A stretch of DNA of 58,610 bases from IMG/VR virus record IMGVR_UViG_3300037041_000775, positions 1 through 58,610 of that record. One strand, 5' to 3'. The notes beneath the pieces were generated by a model, which made no database searches, was not told where the DNA came from, and worked only from the letters and a program-made list of their open reading frames with translations. The DNA is from a virus. Taxonomy: Duplodnaviria > Caudoviricetes. A program made the translations under genes and the position numbers. Shown here one piece after another: positions 1-8,831 of the stretch. Positions within the stretch are counted from its first letter, which is position 1. The number at the start of each line of letters is the position of its first letter.

Positions 1-2
1 TG

Positions 3-599
3 CTTCGCGCCGAGCAGCGTGCGCCGCTGACTCCCAAGCGCCCGCCGTCGGCATCCGAGGTCGCGGATCCCGGTGACGCCGCTGACGACTGCGATGACAC
101 GCCGAGCGTCGAGCCGTCCCCCGCCCCGAAGCCCACCGCCGACGTGCTTCCGTTCACTGTCGTGAAGAACGAGCCCGCGCCGCCCCCCGTCGTGTCGGCC
201 CCGCCGATGGACGAAGTCTCGAAGGCGAAGGCCGAAGAGCGTCGCGTCAAGGCGCTCCACGGCAAGGATATGTGGATCACGTTGATCGACATTTGGCGTA
301 CCAACTTCGACACCAGCGGCGAGCAGCCTGACCGTGTGCGGAACCTCAACGCCGCGCTGACCCCCGACACGATGGCCTACCTCACGTCGAAGGCGGGGCT
401 GACCGACGCGACGCGAGAGGCGATCTACCTACTCGACGGCGGCGACCCCGAAGCCCCGCCGTCGCTGACGAACGCACAGATCCGCGAAGCGCGGCTCATC
501 GCGGAGAACATCGCGCAAGTCGCCAGCTTCCACGCGCCTTTCGTCGCGGAGCGGCTGGAATACACCTACGAGTATCACACCCTTCCCAGCGAGGACTGA
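3..599 (+). CDS. Hypothetical protein, 5'-truncated
   Basis: The frame of ORF 144..599 stays open back to position 3 (LRAEQRAPLTPKRPP...). Confidence 0.7.
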   Translation, partial: LRAEQRAPLTPKRPPSASEVADPGDAADDCDDTPSVEPSPAPKPTADVLPFTVVKNEPAPPPVVSAPPMDEVSKAKAEERRVKALHGKDMWITLIDIWRTNFDTSGEQPDRVRNLNAALTPDTMAYLTSKAGLTDATREAIYLLDGGDPEAPPSLTNAQIREARLIAENIAQVASFHAPFVAERLEYTYEYHTLPSED

Positions 600-602
600 T
601 CG

Positions 603-1067
603 ATGCCTTCCACTGACGTGTTCTGCGCCTTCACGGGCAGCATCCCCGACGACGCGGATCTCCCCGCCGATCATCCGCTGGAGGACGACGAACTGGCGGA
701 CCTCCCGGTCGGCTGGACGCGCATCACCGTGCAGACGCGGCTCCCCTCCCCGGCGTGGCAGGAGATCGCCGCTGTCGAGGAGGCGATGGTCGCTCAGGTG
801 CTGGAGGGCGTGCCGAAGGGCCAGCGCAAGGCGGCGACCATCGGCGTGCGCGTTCAGGTCGCCGCGCAGCTTGCCGCGCTGAAGTCGCAGACCGCGCCCT
901 ACGTCATCCAGACCGAAGTCTTCCACGTCGCCCCCGGCGACGAAGGGGCGAAGGGGCTGGCGGGCATTCTCTCGACGCTCGGCGTTGACGCGGCGGATGG
1001 CGCGGAGCCCACCGACGACGCGGACGACGCGCAGGACGACGCGGCCCCCGCTGACAAGGCCGAATAG
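603..1067 (+). CDS. Hypothetical protein with acidic C-terminus (154 aa)
   Basis: ATG 3 nt after the upstream stop; GC-rich third codon positions. Confidence 0.75.
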   Translation: MPSTDVFCAFTGSIPDDADLPADHPLEDDELADLPVGWTRITVQTRLPSPAWQEIAAVEEAMVAQVLEGVPKGQRKAATIGVRVQVAAQLAALKSQTAPYVIQTEVFHVAPGDEGAKGLAGILSTLGVDAADGAEPTDDADDAQDDAAPADKAE

Positions 1068-1124
1068 CCCTCGGAGGGCCACCGGGACATTGAGCGGCGA
1101 GTGCGCTGGAGGTAAAAGGCTTCC

Positions 1125-1676
1125 ATGCTCACTCGCCGTTTCCGTCCTTCCGCGTACTACGGCGATGCCGGGGGCTCTGGCGCGACCCGCTCCGGCACTG
1201 ACGAGTGGACGATCCAGCACGGCAACGAAGTCTGGATCGATGACGCGGGCTACGTCTTCCTCATCTTCGCCACGACGGGGCCGAAGGATCCGCGCGTGCA
1301 GATCCTCTATCGGCCCGACGGAACGCAGCCGTCGAAGGTCTACTTCGCGAACGATCCGGCGCTTTCGCGCGTCGTGGACGCGCTGCGGACGAAGGGTCGG
1401 AAGGCAACGCAGGCGGAACTCGACGGCTACAAGGCGTTGGCGAGCACGCCGCGCGCTGCGGCCCCGACGGCGTTCACGGCGTCGATCCCCGCTATGCCGA
1501 CGGTGACGGGTACGGCTTCGGCGCAGCAGCCAGTGAAGCAGAAGGGGCGCTGGGTCAAGAAGCGCACGCCCTTCTACAAGCAGACGTGGTTTCCGTTCGC
1601 CGTAGGCGGCGTGGCGCTGGTGCTGCTGGTTAGCGTCGGGCTTGTCGTCCGTTCGGGACGTAGGGGGGTTGCATGA
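1125..1676 (+). CDS. Putative virion membrane protein with C-terminal TM anchor
   Basis: GGAGG upstream; N-terminal RRFRPSAYYGD; C-terminal WFPFAVGGVALVLLVSVGLVV followed by basic residues. Confidence 0.75.
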   Translation: MLTRRFRPSAYYGDAGGSGATRSGTDEWTIQHGNEVWIDDAGYVFLIFATTGPKDPRVQILYRPDGTQPSKVYFANDPALSRVVDALRTKGRKATQAELDGYKALASTPRAAAPTAFTASIPAMPTVTGTASAQQPVKQKGRWVKKRTPFYKQTWFPFAVGGVALVLLVSVGLVVRSGRRGVA

Positions 1677-2326
1677 GGCCGTCGAACTTCAACTACGTCG
1701 ATTCGTGGCAGACCTTGCTCGGAGGCCGGATGCTCGGGCATCACATCGCGTATCGCCCCAGCCGTCGCCCCAGCGACTACGGCGATCTCGGCGGACTGAG
1801 CGACTACTTCGTCACTTCGACGGGCGAAGTCTTCGAGGCATCCCCGCTGTCGGGGCTCCCCGGCTGGCGGCACGCGACGGTCTACTACGTCGCGAAGACG
1901 AGGAAGCGGTACCCCGACGGCATCGCGATCTTCGATAAGGCGCGAGCGGATCAGCTTTCGGCGCTCATCATCGGGTCATATTCCAGCTTGGAAGACGCGA
2001 TCAAGCGGGCCGACGCGGCGCTGGCGTCGCGGCAAGCGTCCACGCTGCCGACGACGACGCCCACTGCGCCGAAGTTTGTCGCTGCGACGGGGCAGGAACT
2101 CATCGCCGCGCAGCAAGCGGCGGAAGCCGCGCGTCTCGCTGCCGCGACGGGCACCGCGCCCGCAACGGGTGGCGAGCCGCCGAAGAAGAAGAAGCCGCCG
2201 CCGAAGCGGCGGAAGAAGATCCCGACGTGGGCATGGGTCGCGGGGGGCGTCGGGCTCGCCGTGCTGCTGCTCGGTGGGACGGCGTTTGTAGTGTCGCGCC
2301 GTCGTCGCGCGCTCACGGGGGCATGA
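1673..2326 (+). CDS. Putative virion membrane protein with C-terminal TM anchor
   Basis: ATGA overlap; RRPSDYGDLGG motif; Lys/Pro linker, TM helix, RRRR tail. Confidence 0.75.
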   Translation: MRPSNFNYVDSWQTLLGGRMLGHHIAYRPSRRPSDYGDLGGLSDYFVTSTGEVFEASPLSGLPGWRHATVYYVAKTRKRYPDGIAIFDKARADQLSALIIGSYSSLEDAIKRADAALASRQASTLPTTTPTAPKFVAATGQELIAAQQAAEAARLAAATGTAPATGGEPPKKKKPPPKRRKKIPTWAWVAGGVGLAVLLLGGTAFVVSRRRRALTGA

Positions 2327-3135
2327 TGGACAAGCTGAACGTCGGTGGCATCCTCGCGCCGCGCGTCGATCTCGACAGCGCGCAGACGTACCACCTTCCT
2401 GAGTGGTCGGATATGGGCGACCCGAAGCGGATCGCCGTGCTCCGCAAGATTGCACTGGAGGCGGGGCGCGACCCGCGCATCGCGACCGTGGCGATCCAGA
2501 TCATCCGCACGGCGGGCGTGAAGCCCCGCGACTACACGGGACAGGCGCAGGCACTGCTGAAGTTCGTGCAGAACCGCATCTACTATGCGAACGAGCCGGG
2601 AGAGCGCCTTCAAGATCCGGCGTACACCATTCGCGTCGGCTACGGCGACTGCGACGATATGGCCCTGCTGCTGGCGGCGTTTTGTGAAAGCATCCGGCTT
2701 CCGTGGCGCTTCGTCATCAGCGGGAAGCGCGGCAACCGCATCGTCCGGTGGGTCGAAGGCACGCCGTACACCCCGGCGAAGTGGGCGCATATCTACCTCG
2801 CCATCGGAGACAAGCCGTTCGCGCCGTCCCGCTGGCGGTTCGCGGAGCCGACGCTGCGGAGCGTCAACCTCGGATGGGACGTGGTGCAGGCGTCGGCGGG
2901 CGGTTCCCGTCCGCTGCCGGAACTCAGCGGCCCCGACACCGCGACGCTGACGGCGACGCAGGAGATCGCGAAGGCGGCAGACAAGGACGCGCTCACCATC
3001 GAAGGCGTCATCAGCGACGTGCGGAAGTCCCTGACCCCGCGTCGCATCGTCGTCGGCCTTATCGTCGGCGGCATCACGGGCCTTCTGACCCGCCCGATCC
3101 TTGACGCGCTGCTCCACCGCCGAAAGCGCCGATAG
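2323..3135 (+). CDS. Transglutaminase-like cysteine enzyme (candidate maturation protease) with C-terminal membrane anchor
   Basis: GDCDD catalytic-Cys motif preceded by IYYANEPGERLQDP, downstream WAHIY His and EPT acidic residue; ATG 2323 overlaps the upstream stop. Confidence 0.75.
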   Translation: MMDKLNVGGILAPRVDLDSAQTYHLPEWSDMGDPKRIAVLRKIALEAGRDPRIATVAIQIIRTAGVKPRDYTGQAQALLKFVQNRIYYANEPGERLQDPAYTIRVGYGDCDDMALLLAAFCESIRLPWRFVISGKRGNRIVRWVEGTPYTPAKWAHIYLAIGDKPFAPSRWRFAEPTLRSVNLGWDVVQASAGGSRPLPELSGPDTATLTATQEIAKAADKDALTIEGVISDVRKSLTPRRIVVGLIVGGITGLLTRPILDALLHRRKRR

Positions 3136-3224
3136 CCCTCCGCGTTGCGGACCTCCGTGCGCGGAGCGGGCAGCTTGCATAGCCTCTTCCTCCACCCCCT
3201 CAACTTCTTCTTCGGAGTACCATC

Positions 3225-3647
3225 ATGGCCGTCATCAACGCCACCAAGGTCAGCGCGACCACCAACGAGTTGACCTACACCTTCACCGGTACTGGTGCCG
3301 ACACCGGCACCATTTCCTACGCGACGCTCGTTGCGGACGCCCTCACCGGGACCGCCGGGACCAGCACCCTGAAGACGGTGCTCACCTCCCTCGCGGGCCA
3401 GTGCGACAGCAACGCCAAGGCCATCAGCGCGCTCATCACGGGCGAGCAGTTCACGGGCGCGGGCGTGGGCACTCCGGCCCTCACCACGAACATCGAGGTC
3501 AATCTCGTCTCTTCGACGGGGACCGCGATCCCCTCCGTGACCGCCGCCGACGACGGCGCGACCAACAACCCGCAGATCACCTTCGCGACGGCGGGCGTGG
3601 GCCAGTGCTGGCTCTACATCAAGCGCGTCCACTCCATCGTGCTGTGA
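3225..3647 (+). CDS. Thr/Ala/Gly-rich beta-structured putative virion protein (140 aa)
   Basis: GGAG RBS, strongly biased codons, followed by a hairpin. Confidence 0.7.
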   Translation: MAVINATKVSATTNELTYTFTGTGADTGTISYATLVADALTGTAGTSTLKTVLTSLAGQCDSNAKAISALITGEQFTGAGVGTPALTTNIEVNLVSSTGTAIPSVTAADDGATNNPQITFATAGVGQCWLYIKRVHSIVL

Positions 3648-3679
3648 CCCGCTCGGGGTGAATAGCCCCGATGCCACGA

Positions 3680-3719
3680 CGCCCCGGTGAGCCCCGCGCT
3701 CGCCGGGGCGTTCGTGTTT
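3680..3719 (+). terminator. Intrinsic terminator
   Basis: Stem CGCCCCGGTGAGC / GCTCGCCGGGGCG followed by TTCGTGTTT. Confidence 0.6.
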
Positions 3720-3746
3720 GACGGCTGGCAGGGCTGTGCTTATGGG
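3718..3746 (+). promoter_or_regulatory. Promoter/operator repeat copy (TTGACG-GC-TGGCAG)
   Basis: 20 of 21 nt match the - strand copy at 36351-36371 (TTGACGGCTGGCA[A/G]GGCTGTG). Confidence 0.6.
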
Positions 3747-3763
3747 TACGGCGCGGAGGCCAA

Positions 3764-4132
3764 ATGGGCGCAGCGGGGATTGAGATCGACGCTTGGATCA
3801 ACCGGGAGACGGTCGAGCGCGCACACGCTCGGGCTCAGGACGCGCAGCATCGGCGGCATCAGCACGTCGCGGACACCGGGATGCGGGCCGCGCGTGCCCG
3901 CGACGCGAAGCTGCTTCGCTGCTTGGAGAAGGCGGCAGAAGTCCTGACGCAGATGCAGGAGGAACAGGTAGGCCGCACCCGTCGCACGGCGTCCCGCTAC
4001 GCCGACACGGTCGAACTGACCGAAGTCGCTCTGTGGCGCAAAGCCTACGAGTTCGCGGACAAGGGCGAGCCGCTGCGCCAGTTGGAGTGGATCTACGGTG
4101 CCGCCGCCGTGCTCGCGGGGTTTGTCGCCTAA
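3764..4132 (+). CDS. Hypothetical alpha-helical protein (122 aa) with its own promoter
   Basis: GGAGG RBS; sits directly downstream of the promoter motif at 3718. Confidence 0.65.
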   Translation: MGAAGIEIDAWINRETVERAHARAQDAQHRRHQHVADTGMRAARARDAKLLRCLEKAAEVLTQMQEEQVGRTRRTASRYADTVELTEVALWRKAYEFADKGEPLRQLEWIYGAAAVLAGFVA

Positions 4133-4218
4133 GCACTCCGATGGCACTCCGCACGGGGGGTCCACCGTTGCCCCATGCTCCGCGCATCGGTAGGGTTAGC
4201 CGGAAGCACGGAGTAGCG

Positions 4219-5118
4219 ATGTTCGGCATGTACGGTTTCTACGGCGATGCCGTGTCCGATCTGAAGGGTCAGGTCAAGGCCCAGCAGCAGAAGATCAAGG
4301 ATGCGCGCAAGGCTGCGCGCAAGGCCAAGATTTTCACGGCGGCGCGTCGTCAGGCCGAGCTTGCTGTCCGCAAGGCTATCATCGACCTTCGTCTGCTCCG
4401 CTCCAAGCTGCGACAGGCCGAGCGCGAAGCCCGCAAGGCGAAGAAGGGTGGCAAGGCCGCTCCCGCCGCGACGCCCGCTGTCTCGACGGCCGGTGGCACG
4501 CTCACGAAGGAACACATCGCTGCGATCACCGCGCTGATCCAGCAGCTTACCGCGCAGGGCGCGGATGCCGATGCCGCCGAGGAAGAGGCGAAGGCCCGCG
4601 TCCTTCCCCCCGCGCTGCTCGCGGCGGTTCCCCGTGGCTTCTTCCGTGGCGTGCGTCGCGCTGGACCCCGTCCGGTCCTTCCGCCGTTCCGTCCGCCGGT
4701 CTACCGCCCGATGCCGGGGGAACTTCCCGGCCCGACGCGCGACATCGATCCCCGCGTGTTCCAGCGTGACATCGATCCGCGCGTCTTCGCGCGCCCCGTC
4801 GATCCCCGCGTCCGTCAGCGCCCCATCGATCCGTTCACTCCGACGATGCCGCTCATCCCGCAGGCCGGTTCGTTCACGTTCCCGCCGGGGAACCTCTCGC
4901 TCACCGATCCGTCGCTCGCCGCCGAGGTTGAGGCCGACGAGGGCGACGATATGAGCGGGATCGTGGACACCGTGAAGGAGTACGCGGCGAAGCCGTGGTT
5001 CCTCGCCCTCGCGGGCATCGGTGCGCTCATGTATTTCCGTCGCGGGAAGAAGGGTGCGACGCCGAAGTCGAACCCCCGCCGTCGCCGCAGCCGCCGCAAC
5101 CGCCGCAATCGCCGCTAA
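4219..5118 (+). CDS. Putative virion protein: basic coiled coil, RxIDPRV repeats, TM anchor, SNPRRRR tail (299 aa)
   Basis: GGAG RBS before ATG 4219 (MFGMYGFYGD); C-terminal KSNPRRRRSRRNRRNRR. Confidence 0.75.
   Translation: MFGMYGFYGDAVSDLKGQVKAQQQKIKDARKAARKAKIFTAARRQAELAVRKAIIDLRLLRSKLRQAEREARKAKKGGKAAPAATPAVSTAGGTLTKEHIAAITALIQQLTAQGADADAAEEEAKARVLPPALLAAVPRGFFRGVRRAGPRPVLPPFRPPVYRPMPGELPGPTRDIDPRVFQRDIDPRVFARPVDPRVRQRPIDPFTPTMPLIPQAGSFTFPPGNLSLTDPSLAAEVEADEGDDMSGIVDTVKEYAAKPWFLALAGIGALMYFRRGKKGATPKSNPRRRRSRRNRRNRR
4738..4833 (+). repeat. About 3.5 copies of a 27-bp coding tandem repeat
   Basis: RDIDPRVFQ-RDIDPRVFA-RPVDPRVRQ-RPIDP. Confidence 0.8.
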
Positions 5119-5127
5119 GGAGCACCC

Positions 5128-5394
5128 GTGTTCTCGACGGCGGCACTACTTCCGCTCGTCGCGCGGCTCGGGGAGTTCCTTCGCAGCGCGGGTGAGCACG
5201 CCAAGCGCGCAGTCGCTTCGGGGGCCGTCGTGGCTCCCGATGTGATCGCTGCCGCCATTGAGCGCGAAATGACGGGGTGGAACCCCGTCATCGGTGGGCG
5301 TGAAGTCCTCGACACGGAAACGCGCCGTGCAGCGGCGCGCTTTCTCGCGGGCGTTGCGCTGAACGTGGTAGTTGGCAAGAAGGAGAAGGCGTGA
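5128..5394 (+). CDS. Hypothetical protein (88 aa)
   Basis: AAGGAG RBS before GTG; fills the gap in the operon. Confidence 0.7.
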   Translation: MFSTAALLPLVARLGEFLRSAGEHAKRAVASGAVVAPDVIAAAIEREMTGWNPVIGGREVLDTETRRAAARFLAGVALNVVVGKKEKA

Positions 5395-6311
5395 TGTACG
5401 GCAACGACCCTGAGTACCTGTCGGCATCGCCCACAGTGATGGCCTACGACTACCAGAACGGCGACTACTTCGCCCCGGCGGTCTATGGTCAGCAGACGGC
5501 CGCGCAGGCGAACGCCGCAGCGGTCAGGGCCGTCGGCCCCACGGGCATGGAGATCGCCCAGCCCGCGCCGCTCGTCGCGCATCCGGTCCCCGGCTACCCG
5601 AAGGTCGGACATACGCCGACTTTCGACATGCCGATGAACAAGGGCGATTGGAACATCAAGGGCGTGAACATGCCCACCTTCTCCCCGGCGCTCCCGCCGA
5701 TGCCGGGGTCCGATTGGCGCACGTTCCCGCAGCCCATTGACGGTCGCCAGCTTTCGGCCGCGCGCCCGCAGTTCAGTGCCTTCGCGGGCATCGGGCAGGG
5801 CTATGGGGCCGTGGACTACGCCACCGCGAAGGCGGCGCAGTTCCGCGACGTGCAGGGCAGCGGCGGCTACGGCTACCGTCAGTTCAAGGATGGCGCGATC
5901 CAGATCCTCGTGAGCCCCAGCCGCGCGCTCCCGGTCGGATCGATGCTCACCGGCAGCACGGGCGATCCCAACTACGCCCGCTGGTTTGCGATCACCAACG
6001 AGATCGGAGCGTGGAAGACGTTCGCGCAGGCTCGCGCCGCGCAGACGCTTCGCACCCTCACTGATACGGCGACTGCGCTGTCGTCGTCCGTCGCGAACGT
6101 CGCCGGGGCCGTGAAGGCGGGGAAGCGCAAGCGCCGGAAGGCCGCAGCCGCTCAGGCGGCGTTCCCGGCGGAAACTCCCGCTGCGGCAGAGCCCGCACCC
6201 GTCGAAGCCCCCGGTTTCCTCTCCGGCCCGCTGCCGTGGATCATCGGGGGCTCGGTCGCCGTGCTGCTCATCGTTCTCGCGACGCGCGGCAGCAGCACCG
6301 CAAGCAAGTAG
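5394..6311 (+). CDS. Putative virion membrane protein with C-terminal TM anchor
   Basis: AAGGAG RBS; MYG N-terminus; C-terminal LPWIIGGSVAVLLIVLA. Confidence 0.75.
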   Translation: MYGNDPEYLSASPTVMAYDYQNGDYFAPAVYGQQTAAQANAAAVRAVGPTGMEIAQPAPLVAHPVPGYPKVGHTPTFDMPMNKGDWNIKGVNMPTFSPALPPMPGSDWRTFPQPIDGRQLSAARPQFSAFAGIGQGYGAVDYATAKAAQFRDVQGSGGYGYRQFKDGAIQILVSPSRALPVGSMLTGSTGDPNYARWFAITNEIGAWKTFAQARAAQTLRTLTDTATALSSSVANVAGAVKAGKRKRRKAAAAQAAFPAETPAAAEPAPVEAPGFLSGPLPWIIGGSVAVLLIVLATRGSSTASK

Positions 6312-6322
6312 GGGAGGGAGCC

Positions 6323-6892
6323 ATGCGGTTCGTCCCCTCGGCGTATTCGGACGTAGCAGCGGTGGCCCCAGCCGCCCCTGCTACGACTGCCGCCGGTTCG
6401 ACGGCGTCGGGCATCACGGAAGCGACGCAAGTCCTTTCGCAGCTTGTCTCGTCCGGTGTGGACGTGGCTCGCGCTGCCAGCGACCTCAAAATGGCGCAGT
6501 GGCAGCAGAAAGCCGCGAAGAAACCGAAGAAGAAGCAGCAAAGGTCGCAGGCTATGCCCGCTTCGGTTGCGCTACCCGCTTCCGCGTCGGCCCCTGCGAA
6601 GCTGGCCGCACCGCCGACGGATTGGGCGAAGTGGGGGCTGATTGGCATGGGGGCGCTCGTCGTCGCCGTGCTGGGGTACGTCGTCGTCACCCGCGCGCGG
6701 GAAAGCGATGACGGGGCCGCGAAGAAGAAGAACCCGAAGCCTGTGGCCCGCGCACCGTTCATCCGAGTGCCGCCGCGTCGTCGCGCCCCAAAGGTGATCG
6801 ACATCGAGGCCGAAGAGATCGAGGCCGACGAGCCGGAGCCGGTCGAGGCCGACGAGCAGGACGCCTATGGTGACGCTGGGGAGGAAGAGTGA
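6323..6892 (+). CDS. Putative virion membrane protein
   Basis: GGGAG RBS; starts MRFVPSAYSD; one TM helix, KKKNP, acidic tail. Confidence 0.75.
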   Translation: MRFVPSAYSDVAAVAPAAPATTAAGSTASGITEATQVLSQLVSSGVDVARAASDLKMAQWQQKAAKKPKKKQQRSQAMPASVALPASASAPAKLAAPPTDWAKWGLIGMGALVVAVLGYVVVTRARESDDGAAKKKNPKPVARAPFIRVPPRRRAPKVIDIEAEEIEADEPEPVEADEQDAYGDAGEEE

Positions 6893-7284
6893 TGCGCCGG
6901 TTCCATCCGAGCAGCTACGGGGCGGCGACGCCTGAGCCCGCAGCGCCCGAAGACTATACGCAGTACCTGTCGCTCGCGAAGGAGTTCATTCTTCCAAGTG
7001 ATCCGGTCGAACGGAAGGCCGTGCTGACAGCGCGGATCGCCAACTACCGGCGCATGAAGAAGAAGTTCCCGCTGGCGGCGCTCTTCTACGACAACGAGAT
7101 CGCCAAGATGCAGGCGCGTCTTTCCGCGACGGATCGGCAGATCGAGAAGTCGCAGAAAGGTGAAACGTCAGTTCAGACCTATCGCTACCTCGGTTGGACG
7201 ATTGGGACGCTTTCCGCGTTCCTGCTGGGCTCGCTGATCTGGCGCACCGTCGTGCTCACGAAGGCAGTGGGGAAGCCGCGATGA
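6892..7284 (+). CDS. Putative virion membrane protein
   Basis: GGAGG RBS; starts MRRFHPSSYG; coiled coil and C-terminal TM. Confidence 0.75.
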   Translation: MRRFHPSSYGAATPEPAAPEDYTQYLSLAKEFILPSDPVERKAVLTARIANYRRMKKKFPLAALFYDNEIAKMQARLSATDRQIEKSQKGETSVQTYRYLGWTIGTLSAFLLGSLIWRTVVLTKAVGKPR

Positions 7285-8084
7285 CTTACGGATACCACCA
7301 TGGCGTGCCGCATGGCCGCTTCGTTCCTTCGGCCTACTCGGGCTTCGGCGCGAGCGGCGAAGACGTGGCGCTCGACACTGTGCAGGCGGCGGCGAAGACG
7401 GCTGCGGGCGTCGGAGCCGGTGCGGCTGCGGCGGGGACCATCGCAGGGGGCGGGGCCGTCACGGGCCTACTCACGGCGGCGGGTGTCTCGGCGGCGGCAG
7501 TGCCCATCGTCGGCTGGGTCGTCGGTGGGGCCATCGCCGTGTCGGCGGGCATCGTCGCGCTCGTCGCAGCCGTCAAGTCGGGCAAGGTTCGTCGTGCCGA
7601 AGCCGTGGCGACGGCGCGCAAGCTGGGGATCGCGGAGCCCGAAAAGGCTCCCGGCTTCATCGTCCGCGCGCTGAAGATCCCGAAGACCCGCCGCGCGAAG
7701 CTGCTGGCCCGTCTGCGGAAGCGCATGGACCGGCTGAAGGCGCGCAAGCTGGGCAAGCCGGGGCAGAAGCGCCTTGCGAACCTGAAGTGGCAGGTGGACG
7801 TACTCGTCGCGCTCGACAAGGTCGAGAATCCGAAGAAGGCGTCGAGCGGGGACCGCAAGGCCATGCGTCTCGTCGGCGGGCAGCGCCCCGTGGTCGATCC
7901 GGTGACGGAAGCGAACAGCCCCGCTGTGGATCCCGAAGTCGAAGAGGCGGGGATGGCTGCGGCCGAGCAGAACGCTGCCCCGACGGGCTTCCAGATGCCG
8001 ACGTGGGGCTGGATCGCGCTCGCGGGTGGCGTCGGCGTCGTCATCGCGCTCGCCGCGCGTCCTTCCGCACCGAAGAGGACGTAA
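7281..8084 (+). CDS. Putative virion membrane protein with Gly/Ala-rich hydrophobic segment and C-terminal TM
   Basis: ATGA overlap; GRFVPSAYSGFG motif; AVPIVGWVVGGAIA segment. Confidence 0.75.
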   Translation: MTYGYHHGVPHGRFVPSAYSGFGASGEDVALDTVQAAAKTAAGVGAGAAAAGTIAGGGAVTGLLTAAGVSAAAVPIVGWVVGGAIAVSAGIVALVAAVKSGKVRRAEAVATARKLGIAEPEKAPGFIVRALKIPKTRRAKLLARLRKRMDRLKARKLGKPGQKRLANLKWQVDVLVALDKVENPKKASSGDRKAMRLVGGQRPVVDPVTEANSPAVDPEVEEAGMAAAEQNAAPTGFQMPTWGWIALAGGVGVVIALAARPSAPKRT

Positions 8085-8087
8085 GTC

Positions 8088-8831
8088 ATGGCGACGACGC
8101 TGTCGTGGAACGACGTACTCGCGGAGATCCGCGCGCAGATCGACGCGGCAGCGGCGGGCAAGCTGATCGCCAGCCCGCAGTCCGTCGTGACGAAGAACTG
8201 GTTTTGGACCGCGCCGTCGAACACGGTGTCGGCCTACGCGCTCGTTGCCTACTGGTTCGCGGTCGCCGCGCGTGTCGGCTACCCCGCGCTGCTTCAGGAG
8301 GCGCGACGCTACTACGCCGAAGCTACGAGCCGCAGCGTTCCAAGCATCGCGACGGCGGACATTCAGCGGGTGCTGGCCCGCGCCGTCACCGCGCTGGACG
8401 CGGCGGGCGGTTTGAAGGATCGTCGTCTCGCCGGGGTCTACCGGGGGCTGGGCGAGTGGTCGAAGGCCGCTTCCATCGCGAGCGCGCAGCAGCGCGCCTA
8501 TGAGCAGTCGGGCATCGGCATCGCCGCAGGCGGCATCATCGGCACGGGCGCGGACCTCATCAAGATCGGGGAGAAGGCGGGCCGCGTCATCACGGACAAG
8601 AAGCCCCCCGGTACGCCGCAGTGGCTGTGGTTCCTTCAGCGGAACGCATGGTTTCTCGTCGGCGGCACCGTCGCCGTCGGCGCGCTCTACCTCTTCCTGA
8701 AGCCGGTGCTCGCGCCCCTGACCGGCGTCCGCGACGCCGCTGCGGCAGCGTCCCGACGCGCGGCGGGCAAGGCCGTCGAGCGGATCGAGCGCGTCGCCCG
8801 CAACCCCCGCCGCCGTCGTCGGAGCCGCTGA
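8088..8831 (+). CDS. Putative virion membrane protein with RNPRRRRR tail
   Basis: TM segment AWFLVGGTVAVGALYLFL; C-terminal ARNPRRRRRSR. Confidence 0.75.
   Translation: MATTLSWNDVLAEIRAQIDAAAAGKLIASPQSVVTKNWFWTAPSNTVSAYALVAYWFAVAARVGYPALLQEARRYYAEATSRSVPSIATADIQRVLARAVTALDAAGGLKDRRLAGVYRGLGEWSKAASIASAQQRAYEQSGIGIAAGGIIGTGADLIKIGEKAGRVITDKKPPGTPQWLWFLQRNAWFLVGGTVAVGALYLFLKPVLAPLTGVRDAAAAASRRAAGKAVERIERVARNPRRRRRSR

Noticed and set aside
3793-4218. Long N-terminal extensions in the ORF track (also at 2227, 6236, 7194, 8621, 9583, 14388, 15557, 21792, 44221 and 34436)
   Set aside because: They overlap upstream genes. Downstream starts with an RBS or stop-start coupling fit better.
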